Assembly (NCBI GenBank): GCA_004431415.1
Contig: QPMI01000420.1
Span: 186,001-250,000 of the forward strand
Source of the DNA: Cyanophora paradoxa CCMP329
Lineage: Eukaryota > Plantae > Glaucophyta
Direction: 5' to 3'
Length of the DNA stretch: 64,000 nt
Below, piece by piece: positions 62,163 through 64,000 of the stretch. The translations under genes and the position numbers were made by a program. The notes below the pieces were generated by a model. That model searched no databases, was not told the origin of the DNA, and saw only the letters and a list, made by a program, of their open reading frames with translations. The first letter of the stretch is position 1. Every line of letters starts with the position of its first letter.

Positions 62163-64000
62163 ATGGGCTCGAAGCAATCGACAACTGTCAAGGTCGGCGG
62201 AGTTACCGTTGCGAAGGGTGCGTACGCGTCTGCCCGCGCCGCATATGCGCACGCAATGCGTGTGATCGATATCTATATATATCCTGCAAGGCCGCGAGCG
62301 CATGCGCAGCGCCCTTAAAACGTGCATGCGCATATATCCTGAGCATCATAGTATACCTGATCCTCGGCGCCTGCAGGCGACCATACGAAGGCGTGCTTCA
62401 CGGTACGTCCTGATCATGATTTGCTTCGACCGAGCCTCCAGTATATACACGCATACTTAGCTTCGAAGTAATATATACTGTACCTGCGCAACTTGCGGTG
62501 CCACGGTGTGTATAATTAGGCTTGCGGAATCTCGAAGTACGTATACTAGCTATAGTTCGGGCGCCCTTGTAGGCCGAAAGTGCGTGTAGGCGTTAACGTT
62601 GCTATACTCATGAGGCCGCCGCTTCTGCGCAGGGGCCGGACTGCACTGGAGACAAAGTTCTCGCGACAGAAGGCATCGGACACGACTTCTGGAAAGCGTG
62701 AGTGAAATCGACCCGTATATCATAGTATGTGACAGCCTGGGCCGCGCGAGCTCTCGCTGGGAGCCACCGTGGCGCGGAGAGCGATCGCGAACCCTTACAA
62801 TTAAGCTTTCGAAATTTTTCCAAATCTCACGCATGAAGCTTTGTCACATGGCCAGCCGCTTGGAGGTCGACAATCATTGAATTGCTCGAGCTCGGGCTAG
62901 GAGTTCGAATTCGATTGTTTCTTTGCCAGAACTGACGTCGACCATGTTTTTCGTTTTGGGTCGAAAAGATGCCAGGGCAACGGACACAAGTCTTTGGGAT
63001 TTCGAATGACATGGGGCGACAACACGAAAGCCTTCTGCTACAATGTGAACAGCTCTGGAGAGGTCGAGTTGCATAAACAGTGAGCCGCGCGATTTCGCCT
63101 CGCACTTATTGCCCATGCAAACGCCTTCGAGGCCGACGCTGGCTTCTGGATCTCGGTTCCGCTCGCGGGAAGGCTGCTGATCTTGATGCAGGGTCCTCTG
63201 GGATTCTGTCCTCGGCGGGGTCACGATCGAGAGGGGTGCGCTCCACACACCGTTTCGGCAGAAAGCTGCCCGCGCCGGCCGCGGGCCGGCGCCCTCACCA
63301 TGCGCATCCTTCGCCCGCAGGTACCGCCACCAAGGCCTGCTTCACGGTGTGTCTCGAGCGCACGTGCTTTCGGCCTCCATAAGCTTGCTTCCTGGCGATC
63401 GCCGGGCCCGGGGGCGTGCGGCCGCGGATTTCAAAAGCTCGCAATTGATAGTCGCGATTGCGCAGGGGCCGAATTGCACCGGAAGCAAAGTTCTTGAAAC
63501 AAATGGCGTGGGCAGCGATTTCTGGAAAGCGTGAGTGATTTCTGGACATTGTGCATACGTATATGCATCATATGCAAGCTTAAGCATACTATGATAAGGC
63601 CGCTTGGGCGCGAAGGCTAAGTAGAACACGCTCTGGAACTTGTATGACGCGCACCGCATCCGGATCATTGAATGGAGTATCAATATAAATGCATATGAAT
63701 GTGATGATTTTGTTTCTAGAGATATTTCTCCTGCCAGCGCTCGCCAGCGTTTTTCTCCTGCCAGCGCTCGCCTGCAGCTGATATCCCTGACTCATTGCAC
63801 ACTGTGACATGACGCTCGGGGCTGCGCAGATGCCAAGCTTCCGGTCATCAATCTGTGGCTGTGCATGTGCCGAAGCCGTGGGATAATGGCGACCGAAGCG
63901 AAGCCAAGTGCTACAATATCAGCACGGCTGACGGCAGCACTGGCGAGGTCGACGCTAATAGAACGTGAGCTGTATTACGTGCACGTGAGTTTAGAACTCG
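62163..64000 (+). CDS. 5' part of a hypothetical protein with N-myristoylation motif and at least two internal Cys-containing repeats; runs off the window
   Basis: Repeat 1: MGSKQSTTVKVGGVTVAK|GDHTKACFT|GPDCTGDKVLATEGIGHDFWK|..RCQGNGHKS..AFCYNVNSSGEVE. Repeat 2: VLGGVTIER|GTATKACFT|GPNCTGSKVLETNGVGSDFWK|..CQASGHQS..AKCYNIS..TGEVD. Intron positions are conserved between repeats. The exon near 63630-63680 is unresolved. Confidence 0.7.

Noticed and set aside
1-64000. Non-standard genetic code, tRNA/rRNA genes, CRISPR arrays
   Set aside because: In the genes I traced, in-frame stops resolve as introns and genes end in TAA, TAG or TGA. No RNA gene or repeat-spacer structure was recognised.

Overview
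GC-rich, intron-dense eukaryotic nuclear DNA from an alga or protist. The style is reminiscent of a glaucophyte such as Cyanophora, but that is a guess. Most long six-frame ORFs are GC-content artefacts; real genes were rebuilt by hand from short introns (gtgcgc...ctgac...cgcag). Contents in order: a TmcB/TmcC-like multi-pass membrane protein (-); a protein with three AP2/ERF-like domains (-); a small MGxxxS protein with an acidic tail (-); a hAT-type MITE; a PRC1 RING1-like E3 ligase (-); a ~33.7 kb receptor-like gene (+) with five CUB-like super-repeats, ~7 IPT/TIG domains, a beta-helix, a Cys-rich region and a multi-TM domain; a tandem pair of leaderless beta-trefoil-like genes with acidic tails (-); a degenerate GBP/atlastin-fold protein with a C-terminal RING (+); a MITE cluster; and the 5' part of a second MGxxxS repeat protein (+). 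Main leads: frequent GC-AG introns; a C-terminal module apparently shared by unrelated leaderless proteins; the modular giant receptor; a strand-biased GTACCCC motif cluster; and local copying of splice-site sequences. Exon boundaries are manual inferences, and several single-base frameshifts in G/C runs are probably assembly errors.
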